From an uncultured Klebsiella sp. (GTDB lineage Bacteria > Verrucomicrobiota > Verrucomicrobiia > Limisphaerales > SXTU01): a stretch of DNA of 64,000 bases. Both the position numbers and the translations under genes were made by a program. The stretch lies in NCBI GenBank assembly GCA_964496695.1, contig CAZCBE010000013.1, positions 12,401 through 76,400 of the forward strand, given 5' to 3'. The first letter of the stretch is position 1, and the number at the start of each line of letters is the position of its first letter. This document shows positions 16,721 to 26,243 of the stretch, in pieces. The notes under the pieces are model-generated. The model was not told the origin of the DNA, ran no database searches, and saw only the letters and a program-made list of their open reading frames with translations.

Positions 16721-18496
16721 ATGGCCGACGAACCCAAACCCGCGCCCACGCTGGCGGAGGAATTCCTCGTGGAGTTCCGCGCCTTCTGGGCCTGGCTGCC
16801 GGAGAAGCCGCTGTTCTTCACGCTGCTCGGCGCGTGGGCGGCGCTCTTTCATTTCCTCGGCCACTGCTCGTTCAACTTCACGCAGCAGCCCTCGCTCTTC
16901 GCGTGGATGTGGGGGGCATGGAGCGCACCGGCCCTGGAGGCGGAGCACGGCAAGCTCGTGCCCGTGGTGGTGCTGGTGCTGCTCTGGCTGCGGCACAAGG
17001 AACTGATGGCCACCCCGACCCGGCGCTGGCTGCCCGCGCTGGCCGGGCTGGCTGCAGCGCTCGTCATCCATGTCATCGGGTTCACCGTGCAGCAGCCGCG
17101 CGTCTCCATGGTGGCGCTCGCGGGCGGAGTCTGGTGCCTGGTGGGGCTGGTGTGGGGACCGGGCTGGCTGCGGAAGACGTTTTTCCCATTTCTGCTGCTG
17201 GGCTTTTGCGTGCCCCTTGAGGCACTGGGCGAGGGCGTGTTGTTCCAACTGCGCCTGCTGGTGACCAAAATCTCCGTTGGCATCGGCCACTCCCTGCTGG
17301 GCATGGACGTGGTGCGCGATGGCACGCGCATCTTCAACTCGACCGGAACGTTCAACTACGACGTGGCCCCGGCGTGCAGCGGCATCCGCAGCCTCGCATC
17401 CCTGCTGGCCGTGACGACGATCTATGGCTACGTGACGTTCCGCACGCCGTGGAAGCGCGCCGCGATGATTGCGCTGGCCGCGCCGCTGGCGGTGGCGGGC
17501 AACGTGGCGCGCATCACCACGGTGATCATCCTGGCGGAGGCGTTCGGGCACAAAGCCGGCGCAGCGGCGGAGACGAATCTGGGGTATGTGACCTTCGGCG
17601 TGGCCATCGGGCTGATGTTCCTCGCGGGGTGGCTGCTGCGGGAGAAGACCGCTCCGGCAGGGCGAGACTCTGTCGAGCCCCATTCCGAGCGCCGCGAGGC
17701 GAGCGGAGCGAGCATCTCTGCTTCGGAGGCCGGCCAAGATGCTCGCTTCGCTCGCGCCGACTCCGTCGGCAAATGGGGTTCGACGGAGTCTCACCCTACC
17801 GGGGCGTTGATCGGTGCTCCGCTGATCGCTGCGTTGCTGCTCATGGCGGCTGCGGGCGGTGTGATTTACAAGCTCCAGGCCCGTCAGACACTGGGCCGGG
17901 CCGGCGTGATCGCGGAGCCGCAGGAAGGCTCGCAACGCTGGCGGATTCCCTTGCCTGAGCAGGTGGCTGGCATGACCTCAAAGGAGGTGCCACCAGTCGA
18001 AGAGGAGCTGACCGGCCTGCCCCCGGACACTTCCTTTGGCAAGCGACTCTACACGGCGGCGGACGGCTCGCCGCTCCTGCTGCAGGTCGTGCTCATGGGC
18101 CGTGACCGCACGAGCATCCATCAGCCACAATACTGTCTCACCGGCCAGGGCTGGCTCATCGAGCAGACCGAAGAGGTGCGCCTGCCGGTGGCCAAGCCGC
18201 AGCCCCGCGAGTTGCCCGCGCTCAAGCTCACCGCGAGCAAGGTCATCACGCTTAACAACGGCCAGCGGGTGCCGGTGCGCGCGATCTACGTGTATTGGTT
18301 CGTGGCCGACGGCGCGATCACCGCGCACCGCTCCGAGCGGCTCACCGCAATGGCGAAGGAACTGTTGCGCACCGGCACGCTGCAACGCTGGGCCTACGTG
18401 GCGTGCTTTGCGCAGTGCCTGCCCGGGGATGAGGACAAAACTTTCGCGCGCGTGAAGGAGTTTGTGGCCGAGGCGGTGCCGGAGTTTCAGCCGTGA
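16721..18496 (+). CDS. Exosortase fused to an EpsI-family domain
   Basis: Polytopic N-terminal half with the exosortase Cys motif DVAPACSGIRSL and NVARITTV. The C-terminal half is EpsI-like (SIHQPQYCLTGQGW...AIYVYWFVADG). ATG 16721 (MADEPKP...); the upstream part of the ORF lies over repeats. Confidence 0.8.
   Translation: MADEPKPAPTLAEEFLVEFRAFWAWLPEKPLFFTLLGAWAALFHFLGHCSFNFTQQPSLFAWMWGAWSAPALEAEHGKLVPVVVLVLLWLRHKELMATPTRRWLPALAGLAAALVIHVIGFTVQQPRVSMVALAGGVWCLVGLVWGPGWLRKTFFPFLLLGFCVPLEALGEGVLFQLRLLVTKISVGIGHSLLGMDVVRDGTRIFNSTGTFNYDVAPACSGIRSLASLLAVTTIYGYVTFRTPWKRAAMIALAAPLAVAGNVARITTVIILAEAFGHKAGAAAETNLGYVTFGVAIGLMFLAGWLLREKTAPAGRDSVEPHSERREASGASISASEAGQDARFARADSVGKWGSTESHPTGALIGAPLIAALLLMAAAGGVIYKLQARQTLGRAGVIAEPQEGSQRWRIPLPEQVAGMTSKEVPPVEEELTGLPPDTSFGKRLYTAADGSPLLLQVVLMGRDRTSIHQPQYCLTGQGWLIEQTEEVRLPVAKPQPRELPALKLTASKVITLNNGQRVPVRAIYVYWFVADGAITAHRSERLTAMAKELLRTGTLQRWAYVACFAQCLPGDEDKTFARVKEFVAEAVPEFQP
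17657..17799. repeat. ~143-bp palindromic element embedded in frame at the exosortase/EpsI junction
   Basis: The arm gcagggcgagactctgtcgagccccatt...gcgagcggagcgagcatc has a reverse-complement partner. That partner is gatgctcgcttcgctcgc...aaatggggttcgacggagtctcaccctac. Confidence 0.75.
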
Positions 18497-18746
18497 ACCA
18501 GAAGACGTCGCAGGCGGAGCGCCGGCTTCCCAGCCGGCTTAAGTAGTGGTGAACCCGACGTGCATCACCGTCTAAAGTTTGCGGCAGACCATTCAGTGCC
18601 CATTGCTTGCACCAGGCAGAGTGCAGCCTTTCCTTGTCCCAATGCGATAAGCCGGCTGGAAGCCGGCGCTCCCACTGCTTCGCCCCGGCTGAGGGCGCAG
18701 ACACCGGTTGAACAAGCCCGGCCCGGTCGCGTCTGGTGAAGGAACC

Positions 18747-21700
18747 ATGACACCAACCACCCCTTCACGTTTCAGCCTGCTTGTCCCCGCTGCTGCCGCT
18801 GTTTTGCTGGCCGCGCTGGCGGGTCCGGTGCGCGCGGCAGCGGCCAGCAACGAGGCCGCGCTGGCTCCGGTTTATCGCGGCGCCCAGCCGGTGACCGCGC
18901 AGGCGGATGGCAGTTTCCAGATCGAAGCCGAGGAGTTCGCCGTGAAGTCCGGCGGCGCGACCGGCTGGCGCACCATGAACTGGGGCGAGAATTATTACGC
19001 CGCCTCGCTCGCCAATGCCTTCCTCAGCCGCAAGGGCTGTCTCGGCGCGTCCGAGCAGTGCGCCCGCACCGAAGCGACGGTGGAGATCGAAGTGACGGCG
19101 GCCGGAAAGTATCTCGCACTGGCGCGCTACGAGGCCACGTTCCGTTTTGAGACGCGGTTCCGGCTGCGGGTCGAGCAAGGCGGGCAGGTGAAGCTCGACC
19201 GCGTTTACGGTGCGCGGGAAAACCCGAAAGTCTGGGCCTTCCGCCAAGGCGTGAAGCCCGAAGTCGGCTGGGACTGGGGTCCGGTGGAGAACACGGTGTG
19301 GGAAGGCCACGACGCGTGGGTGGAACTCGCCCCGGGCCGCGCGAAGCTCACGCTGGTCGCCGAGAATCAGCCCGAGCCGGCGGCGCGACGCCATGTGGAT
19401 GTGCTCGTGCTCACCCAGGACGAGGCGGGTGTGAAAGCGCGCATTGCGAAGGAGAATTACCTGCCGCTCGATGGTTTGCTCACGCAGGCGGGCGATGTGT
19501 TCCTCAAGTTCCACAACCTCTCCACCACGCCGGCCACGCTCACCGTGCCCGCCGGTGTCGAGCACTCGCCGTATTGGATTCACCAGCGCGCGTGGAAGCC
19601 GAAGACGCTCACCGCCGAGCCGGGTGCGGTCACGGAGTGGGAGGAAGTCGGCAGCCTGCTGGACTCGCTCAACGACGGTCAATGGCGCTTCAACGCCGCG
19701 TCCAAGACCAAGGGTGCGCCGGTGCATTACCGGCTGGAGTTCGGCGTGAAGAATGCGGCGGGCAAGCTGGAGTCGGTCGCAAAATTCGAGAGCCGCACCA
19801 ACGCGCTGGAAATCGCCTACGATGCCAACACGCGCTACACGCGCCGCGTCCGCACGACCGACACGCTGCTCTATGAGATGCTCGCCCATCTCAAAAAGAC
19901 TCCCGTGCGCGGCAAGCCACCGGAGCGCACGCTGATCTACGGCTACACCTTCGACGAGCGGCCCGGTGACGCCAAATACACCGCCGCGCGCGAGGAGTTC
20001 CTGCGGTTGTTCTCGCTGAACGTGCGGCCCAAGAGCGCCAAGGCCGGGGCGCGCGGCACCACCACCTACATTGACGTGCGAGGGGTCACAACGCCCAAGC
20101 TCGTCGAGCATTTCGAGAAGATGAAGCAGGACGGCCAGAAGCTGGAGGACATCCGCGTGGTGAGCCTGGGCGATGAAATCGGCCTGGGTCGTCCGCCGGC
20201 GAAGAGCGATGAACCGTTCCGTGAATGGGCGCGCGGTCGCGGCCTCAAGCCGGACGAGATCAATCCCGCCGCCGCTGGCGACTGGACCAAGGTGGCCTTC
20301 GACGCCTCCCCTGCCCTGCGTGAGTCGAACCCGCGCCTCTACTACTTCGCGCAGCTCTACGCGTATCACTTCGGCATCCAGCAGTTGAAGGAGCGCACGG
20401 ACATCATCAAGCGCGCGCTGCCCAACGCGGACACCGGCGCGAACTTTTCCCCGCATCACGGCCCGCTGTATCTCGGCGACACGCACCAGTGGATCACCCT
20501 GTTCCGCCAGGGCGGCATGACCATGCCGTGGAGCGAGGACTACATCTTCCAGGTGCCGGTCGGCTCGCAGCAGATGAACAACCTGCTGCTCGACCTGGCG
20601 CGGGCCGCGAACCGCTACGAACCGCGCCGCGAGAGCCATTTCTACGTGATGCCGCACGATCCCGGCAACCGGCCCGAGAGCTGGCGGCGGCTCTTCTACG
20701 GCGCGCTCGGCCACGGCATGACGGTGGTGAACCTCTTCGAGTTCCGGCCCGTGCAGGCGGCCTACACGGAGAACTACGTCAACAGCCCGGACATGTTCGT
20801 GGAGGTGCGCCGGGCCTTCAACGAACTGACCACCTTCGAGGATGTCGTGCAGGATGGCCGCCCGCGCTGGGGCAAGGCCGCGCTGTGGTATTCGCAGGCC
20901 GGGGATGTGTGGCAGAACCACAAATCGCCCTTCGGCCCGAACAAGCGCTCGCTGGCGATTGCCGTGCGCCACCAGCAGACCCCGCTCGACATCGTGGACG
21001 AGGAAGACGCGTTGCGCGGCACACTCGCGGGCTACACGGCGCTCTATCTGACCGACGCGAACGTGAGCCAGGCCGCCTCCCGCACGCTGTCCGAATGGGT
21101 GCAAAAGGGCGGCCAGCTTTTCGCCACGGCGGGCGCGGGCCTGCTCGACGAGTTCAACCAGCCCAATGCCACGCTGCGCCCCCTCTTCGGCGTGCAGCCA
21201 CAGGCCCTGACCATCGCGACGAATCCCGCCGTGAACTTCGAGAAAACGGACCTGCCGTTCGCCGAGACGATGGACGAGGTCACGATGAAGTCCGGCGGGG
21301 CCATCCCGGTCTTCGGAGGACTGGGCAAGTTCACCGCCAGTGGCAGCGACGTGCTGGGGACCTTCAAGGATGGCTCGCCCGCCGTCGTGGCAAAGACGCA
21401 CGGCACGGGCCGCGTGATCTACTGCGGCTTCCTTCCGGCGTTGAGCTACTTCCAGCCCGCGATGCCCAAGCGTCCCGGCGACCGCTCCAGTGCGCCGGAT
21501 GCGCTCGCGCACTTCATCCCGACAAAGTTCCATGCGGGCGCAGGCCAGCTCATCGGCCTGCCGGTTGCGAAGGCCGAGCGGCCCGTGGTCTGCTCGGAAC
21601 CGCTGGTGGAAGCAAATCTCATCGAGTCAAAGACCGCCGCCACCCTCGTGCTGGTGAACTGGACGCCCACGCCGATCAAGGGCCTGAAGATCACGCTCCA

Positions 21701-21824
21701 GACGGCACTGCCGCAGAAGAAGGTCGAGCTGGCCAGCGGCGGCAAGGTCACGTCCAGCAAGCAGGGCGGCCAGACGGTGCTGACGCTGGATCTGGATGTC
21801 GCGGATGCGGTGATTCTGCGCTGA
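18747..21824 (+). CDS. Large secreted protein, putative glycoside hydrolase with GH42-like / beta-galactosidase trimerisation-like C-terminal region
   Basis: Signal peptide MTPTTPSRFSLLVPAAAAVLLAALAGPVRAAAA (ATG 18747; the track ORF opens at TTG 18708). The segment ALYLTDANVSQAASRTLSEWVQKGGQLFATAGAGLLDEFNQP resembles the GH42 middle-domain layout. The functional call is weak. Confidence 0.45.
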   Translation: MTPTTPSRFSLLVPAAAAVLLAALAGPVRAAAASNEAALAPVYRGAQPVTAQADGSFQIEAEEFAVKSGGATGWRTMNWGENYYAASLANAFLSRKGCLGASEQCARTEATVEIEVTAAGKYLALARYEATFRFETRFRLRVEQGGQVKLDRVYGARENPKVWAFRQGVKPEVGWDWGPVENTVWEGHDAWVELAPGRAKLTLVAENQPEPAARRHVDVLVLTQDEAGVKARIAKENYLPLDGLLTQAGDVFLKFHNLSTTPATLTVPAGVEHSPYWIHQRAWKPKTLTAEPGAVTEWEEVGSLLDSLNDGQWRFNAASKTKGAPVHYRLEFGVKNAAGKLESVAKFESRTNALEIAYDANTRYTRRVRTTDTLLYEMLAHLKKTPVRGKPPERTLIYGYTFDERPGDAKYTAAREEFLRLFSLNVRPKSAKAGARGTTTYIDVRGVTTPKLVEHFEKMKQDGQKLEDIRVVSLGDEIGLGRPPAKSDEPFREWARGRGLKPDEINPAAAGDWTKVAFDASPALRESNPRLYYFAQLYAYHFGIQQLKERTDIIKRALPNADTGANFSPHHGPLYLGDTHQWITLFRQGGMTMPWSEDYIFQVPVGSQQMNNLLLDLARAANRYEPRRESHFYVMPHDPGNRPESWRRLFYGALGHGMTVVNLFEFRPVQAAYTENYVNSPDMFVEVRRAFNELTTFEDVVQDGRPRWGKAALWYSQAGDVWQNHKSPFGPNKRSLAIAVRHQQTPLDIVDEEDALRGTLAGYTALYLTDANVSQAASRTLSEWVQKGGQLFATAGAGLLDEFNQPNATLRPLFGVQPQALTIATNPAVNFEKTDLPFAETMDEVTMKSGGAIPVFGGLGKFTASGSDVLGTFKDGSPAVVAKTHGTGRVIYCGFLPALSYFQPAMPKRPGDRSSAPDALAHFIPTKFHAGAGQLIGLPVAKAERPVVCSEPLVEANLIESKTAATLVLVNWTPTPIKGLKITLQTALPQKKVELASGGKVTSSKQGGQTVLTLDLDVADAVILR

Positions 21825-21830
21825 ACGAGT

Positions 21831-23096
21831 TCACTTGCCGGGCGCGGCCTTGAAGGGACTGCGCTCCGGGGCCTCGGCGTGCGGGACGCTGTCGAGCATG
21901 CCGCGCAGCAGCCAGTTCATCGCGGGCACGCGGTGGCGCAGCCAGACGCTCATCGGCTCGGGCCGGGCACCGATGGTGGCCTTGGGTTCCAGCGCGGTGC
22001 GTCCGAGCGAAAGGCGGCGGCAGCCCCAGGCAATCGCGTCGGCGACGGTCGCGTGCAGGAGCCGCAGGTAGAGCGGCACGCCTTCCTCCGCCGCTGCGCG
22101 ATCGAAGCCGATGTAATAGCCGATGGCCGTTTCGCCATCGCGGAGCGTGGTGACAAAGCCCAGCAGTTCCTCGCCGCGCCGGATGACCGTGCAGCGGAAG
22201 TCGTCGCCCGCGGCCTCGGCAAGCGCGGGCAGGAAACTGTCCGGCAAGGTGACGAGCTTCACGGCCGCACGGGATTGCACGGCGAGATACAGCTCGTGCA
22301 GCCGCTTCGTGGCCGAGCGAAGGTCGGTGAGCCGCTCCAGGACGCAGCCCGCCGCCGCGAGCTTCTTGATCTGGTCGCGGCAGTTGCGGCGATACTTGGC
22401 ATCGAGCGCGGCGAGATAGTCTTCGTAGGTGCGCCAGGCGGGGTCGAGTTCGAGCACCATGTTTGGCTCGGTCTCCATCGGCCGATAGCTGAAGCGGCGC
22501 AGTGCGTCAGTGTGGGCCTCCGCGGGGGTCACGTCCTTGACCATGACGAAGTCAGTCTCGCCGCCGAGCTTGTCCGCGCGCCGGATGCGGTAGAGGGCCT
22601 CGGCCACGCCGGGCCAGACGGCAGCGGGATCTTCGTCCGGGGCAAAGGCGATGCCATGAAAGCCCCAGGACATCAGGTTGCCGGCCACGAGCATGCGCTC
22701 CTCCAGTTGCGCCATCACGCGTTTGGTGGCCGGGCGCAGCAGGCGGGCCAGTGGCTGCTCGGGAGCAGGTGCGGCCGGCTTCCAGACGCGGCCACCGGAG
22801 ATGTCCACGAGCTGGGCGGCGATGGCGGCGACCGGTTTCTCACCCCGACAGACGAGCGCGTAACGCGGCAAGACGTTGGCGGGCCGGTGCGCTTCCATCG
22901 CGGCCAGCACCGCGCGGCGCAGGAAGAACTGCCGGCCGCCGGTGACGGCGTCCCACTTCTCGGGATGGAGCAGACCCAGGCTGTCGGCCAGCGCGAAGTT
23001 GAAACCGCTCGGCCGATGCCGCGCCGCGTGCCGCTCCTGCATGTCTTTCCAACCGTCGGCGACCTGCTTGAGCGGGTTGCGTGCGGCGGAGGGCAT
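21831..23096 (-). CDS. GNAT-fold / FemAB-like (DUF482-type) acyltransferase
   Basis: 421 aa with no signal peptide. Overall layout and segments such as FRCTVIRRGEELLGFVTTLRDGETAIGYYIGFD resemble FemAB-like/BioF2-like N-acyltransferases. The assignment is tentative. Confidence 0.45.
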   Translation of the reverse strand: MPSAARNPLKQVADGWKDMQERHAARHRPSGFNFALADSLGLLHPEKWDAVTGGRQFFLRRAVLAAMEAHRPANVLPRYALVCRGEKPVAAIAAQLVDISGGRVWKPAAPAPEQPLARLLRPATKRVMAQLEERMLVAGNLMSWGFHGIAFAPDEDPAAVWPGVAEALYRIRRADKLGGETDFVMVKDVTPAEAHTDALRRFSYRPMETEPNMVLELDPAWRTYEDYLAALDAKYRRNCRDQIKKLAAAGCVLERLTDLRSATKRLHELYLAVQSRAAVKLVTLPDSFLPALAEAAGDDFRCTVIRRGEELLGFVTTLRDGETAIGYYIGFDRAAAEEGVPLYLRLLHATVADAIAWGCRRLSLGRTALEPKATIGARPEPMSVWLRHRVPAMNWLLRGMLDSVPHAEAPERSPFKAAPGK

Positions 23097-23138
23097 GACC
23101 GGGCTTGATACCGGGCGGGAAGCCCGGACGCAAGCCGC

Positions 23139-24458
23139 CTAGATCGCAAAGTCGTTGTATTCCGGCTTCACCAGTTCGGCCGGCGGGTAAAGCATGCCGG
23201 CGGCGACGGTCGCGTTGGTGCCCTGCTCGATGAGGATGAACGAGCCGGTGAGCCGGTTGTTCGCGTAGGCGTCAAACACGATGGGCTTGGCCGTGCGAAT
23301 CCGGATCTCGCCGACGTCGTTGACGACCAGTTGCGCCGGCCCCGGTTCTGGATCGAAGGTCTGGATGTTGATGCGGCTGTCGAGGTTCGTGACGATGGCC
23401 TGCACGGTCTGCGTGGTGTGCTTGAGGAAGTATTTCCGCCCGGCCTGAAGCGGCTTCTGGTTCATCCAGCAGACGCGCCCGCGCAATTCGCTGGCCATGC
23501 CGGGCAGGTGATCGAGGCCGACGAGCATGTCGCCCCGGCTCACGTCCACGTCGTGCTCCAGCACCAGCGTGACGGACTGCGGGCAGAACGCCTCCGGCAG
23601 CGAGCCGTCAAGGGTCCAGATTTCCTTCACGGTGCTCTTCACGCCGCTGGGCAGCACCATGACCTTCTGGCCGACCTTCACGATGCCACCGGCGATCTGG
23701 CCGCTGAGGCCGCGGAAATCGTGGAGCTTCTGGTCGGTCGGATCGTTCGGCCGGTTCACCCATTGCACAGGGAAGCGGACACCGCCGAGGCTCCAGTCGC
23801 TCGCGATGTGGACGGTCTCGAGATGACCGAGCAGCGTGGGGCCGCAATACCAGGGCGTGTGCTGGGAAGCATCCACCACGTTGTCGCCGTTGAGCGCGCT
23901 GATGGGGACAAACTTCACGTCCTTGAACGCGTCGAGCTTGGGCAGGAAGGCCTCGATCTCGTCGCGGATTTCCCAGAAGCGGTCCTCGCTCCAGTCCACA
24001 AGGTCCATCTTGTTCACCGCGATGACGAGGTGGGGAATGCCGAGGAGCGCCGCGAGGCAGGTGTGCCGGCGTGTCTGCTCGATGACGCCGAGCCGCGCGT
24101 CCACGAGGACGATGGAGAGGTTCGCCGTGCTCGCGCCCGTGACCATGTTGCGCGTGTATTGCACATGCCCCGGCGTGTCCGCCACGATGAACTTGCGGCG
24201 CGGCGTGGCGAAGTATCGGTAGGCCACGTCAATCGTGATGCCCTGCTCACGCTCGGCCCGGAGGCCGTCGGTGAGGTTGGCCAGATTGATGGCCCCGCCG
24301 CCGGTGATGTCGGCGGAGCGCTCGAGCGCCTCAAGCTGGTCCTCCATGATGGACTTGGAGTCGTAGAGCAGCCGGCCGATGAGCGTGGACTTGCCGTCGT
24401 CCACGGAGCCGCAGGTGTTGAAGCGGAGGAGTTCGATGGGATGTTGCGTGTGGGGCAT
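23139..24458 (-). CDS. cysN: Sulfate adenylyltransferase subunit 1 (GTPase)
   Basis: G1 loop CGSVDDGKSTLIGRLL, DTPGH, NKMD. EF-Tu-like domains follow. Confidence 0.9.
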   Translation of the reverse strand: MPHTQHPIELLRFNTCGSVDDGKSTLIGRLLYDSKSIMEDQLEALERSADITGGGAINLANLTDGLRAEREQGITIDVAYRYFATPRRKFIVADTPGHVQYTRNMVTGASTANLSIVLVDARLGVIEQTRRHTCLAALLGIPHLVIAVNKMDLVDWSEDRFWEIRDEIEAFLPKLDAFKDVKFVPISALNGDNVVDASQHTPWYCGPTLLGHLETVHIASDWSLGGVRFPVQWVNRPNDPTDQKLHDFRGLSGQIAGGIVKVGQKVMVLPSGVKSTVKEIWTLDGSLPEAFCPQSVTLVLEHDVDVSRGDMLVGLDHLPGMASELRGRVCWMNQKPLQAGRKYFLKHTTQTVQAIVTNLDSRINIQTFDPEPGPAQLVVNDVGEIRIRTAKPIVFDAYANNRLTGSFILIEQGTNATVAAGMLYPPAELVKPEYNDFAI

Positions 24459-24504
24459 GGCGAAAACTCGGAGTCAATTCACGAACAAGAGATGAGAACG
24501 GCGA

Positions 24505-24897
24505 TCAGGCGGTTTTTTCGTCGCGGTTCACCAGTCCGGCGAAGGCCTTGCGCTCGGCCCAGAGCAGGAACAGCGCGGCGATGGTAATGAACGCGTGGGC
24601 AGGACCGAAGCCGCCCTTCACAACGAACGCATGGAAAGCCAGGATGTTGATAACGATGGGGCCGAGGATGAGCAGACCAAGATTGCGCGTCTTCGGCACA
24701 GCCACGAGCGCGCCGCCGATGATCTCGCAGACCTTCACGAAGGCCATGTAGCCGGTCGGGCCAAACGCCGCCATGAACTTGCCCGGCAGTGAATCCTCCG
24801 GCGGCCCCGGCGGCAACGTGCCAAAGAAGAAGAACAGTCCTCCGGCGAGGAACACGAAGCCGAACAGGCCGGCGATGATGTTGGTGGCGAGTTTCAT
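24505..24897 (-). CDS. DoxX-family small membrane protein
   Basis: MKLATNIIAGLFGFVFLAGGLFFFFG...; four hydrophobic helices. The ORF opens at 25002, but the hydrophobic core begins at ATG 24897. Confidence 0.6.
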   Translation of the reverse strand: MKLATNIIAGLFGFVFLAGGLFFFFGTLPPGPPEDSLPGKFMAAFGPTGYMAFVKVCEIIGGALVAVPKTRNLGLLILGPIVINILAFHAFVVKGGFGPAHAFITIAALFLLWAERKAFAGLVNRDEKTA

Positions 24898-25006
24898 ATT
24901 GGGATTTTCAAGTTGCTGGCTTCCGGACCGGATGCGGCTGCCGGAACAGCCGGGGCGGTCATCAACAGCGGGAAGGATGGCTTTCACAAGCGCGGTTCGC
25001 AATGCG

Positions 25007-26215
25007 TTATTGCTTTCCTTTCCGGGCCTTCCGCCGGGGCTGGTTCAATTCCCGCTCGATGTCCGCAATCGTGGGCAGCGCGCCGCGCAGCTTCCTGGGC
25101 AGCGACTCCACGAGCCGCGTCTGCCACTCGGCCACGCCGATGGGTTTCTTCACGTCGCGCAGCGCATACTCCACCTTCACCCGGTTCTTCGCGTCCCGGC
25201 ACAGCAGCAGGCCGATGGTGGGAGCATCGTCCTTATGCCGCATCTGGTCATCCACGGCAGAGAGGTAGTAGTTCATCTTGCCCACAAATTCCGGCTCGAA
25301 CGCCCGCATCTTCAAATCCACGACTACAAAACAGCGCAGCCGCAATTGGTAGAACAGCAAATCGAGGCGCGAATCATCGCCGCCCACTCCGATGGAAACC
25401 TGCCGCCCCACGAACGCGAACCCCGCGCCCAGTTCCAGCAGCAGCCTCTGCACATTATCCACGAGCAGGCGCTCCAGATCGCGCTCCTGTGCCGCCTCGC
25501 CCAGCGTGAGGAAATCGAACGTGTAAGGGTCCTTCAACACCTCGCGCGCCAGGTCCGACTGCGCGGGCGGCAGCGTGCGATCAAAGTTCGTAATGGCCTT
25601 CCCGCTGCGCTCATGCAGCCGTGACTCGATTTGCACCGTGAGGACCGCGCGGCTCCAGCCGTGCTCCAAAGTTTTGCGGGCATACCAGAGGCGCGTGGCG
25701 GGGTGCTTTACCTTTTCAATGAGCAAAATGTTTGTGCCCCACGGGAGCAACGCCAGCGGCTCCGGAGGCCCGTCCAATCGAGTCGCAGGCGGTGATGCAA
25801 ATTGTGCAACAGGCCGTTGCAGAATTTCCTTCCGAGATTTTGCCACAGCCTGTGGCGCAATTGGCCCAGTCAATTTTGCCACAGCCTGTGGCAAAATGTC
25901 GGTGATGGCATAGGCCTCGGCGAAAGTCCGCATCCGATTCAGATTCCGTGAGGAAAACCCATCCATTGCCGGGAACTCCCTCGCCAGATCTTTCGCCAAC
26001 CGCTCCACCACTCTCGTGCCCCAGCCCTCCGCCTTCTGCGCCCGTAAAATCTCCCGCCCGATGTGCCAGTAGAGCAGGACCAGTTCGCGGTTCACCGACA
26101 TCGCCGCCTTCACCTGTGTCGCTCGAACACGGGCTTTCAAGTCGGCAAGGAACGGGGCGTAGCCGGCAGGCACGAGCTTCATGGCTTGGGCTGGTTTGGG
26201 CTTCACTTTGGGCAT
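25007..26215 (-). CDS. DUF1016 / YhcG-family PD-(D/E)xK nuclease-domain protein
   Basis: C-terminal core FAFVGRQVSIGVGGDDSRLDLLFYQLRLRCFVVVDLKMRAFEPEFVGKMNYY (D...D/ExK layout). The N-terminal helical region includes ...PWGTNILLIEKV. Confidence 0.75.
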   Translation of the reverse strand: MPKVKPKPAQAMKLVPAGYAPFLADLKARVRATQVKAAMSVNRELVLLYWHIGREILRAQKAEGWGTRVVERLAKDLAREFPAMDGFSSRNLNRMRTFAEAYAITDILPQAVAKLTGPIAPQAVAKSRKEILQRPVAQFASPPATRLDGPPEPLALLPWGTNILLIEKVKHPATRLWYARKTLEHGWSRAVLTVQIESRLHERSGKAITNFDRTLPPAQSDLAREVLKDPYTFDFLTLGEAAQERDLERLLVDNVQRLLLELGAGFAFVGRQVSIGVGGDDSRLDLLFYQLRLRCFVVVDLKMRAFEPEFVGKMNYYLSAVDDQMRHKDDAPTIGLLLCRDAKNRVKVEYALRDVKKPIGVAEWQTRLVESLPRKLRGALPTIADIERELNQPRRKARKGKQ

Positions 26216-26243
26216 CGCGGAAAGGTTGGCTGATCCAGCCGCT

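Noticed and set aside
18765-21533. 922-aa minus-strand ORF, plus the 454-aa +-strand alternative frame at 20489-21853
   Set aside because: Both overlap the 18747-21824 secreted protein. They are Arg/Gly/Ala/His-rich with no signal peptide or motifs.
18747-21824. Large secreted protein as the PEP-CTERM substrate of the adjacent exosortase
   Set aside because: The C-terminus (…VLTLDLDVADAVILR) lacks a PEP motif, a TM helix and a basic tail.
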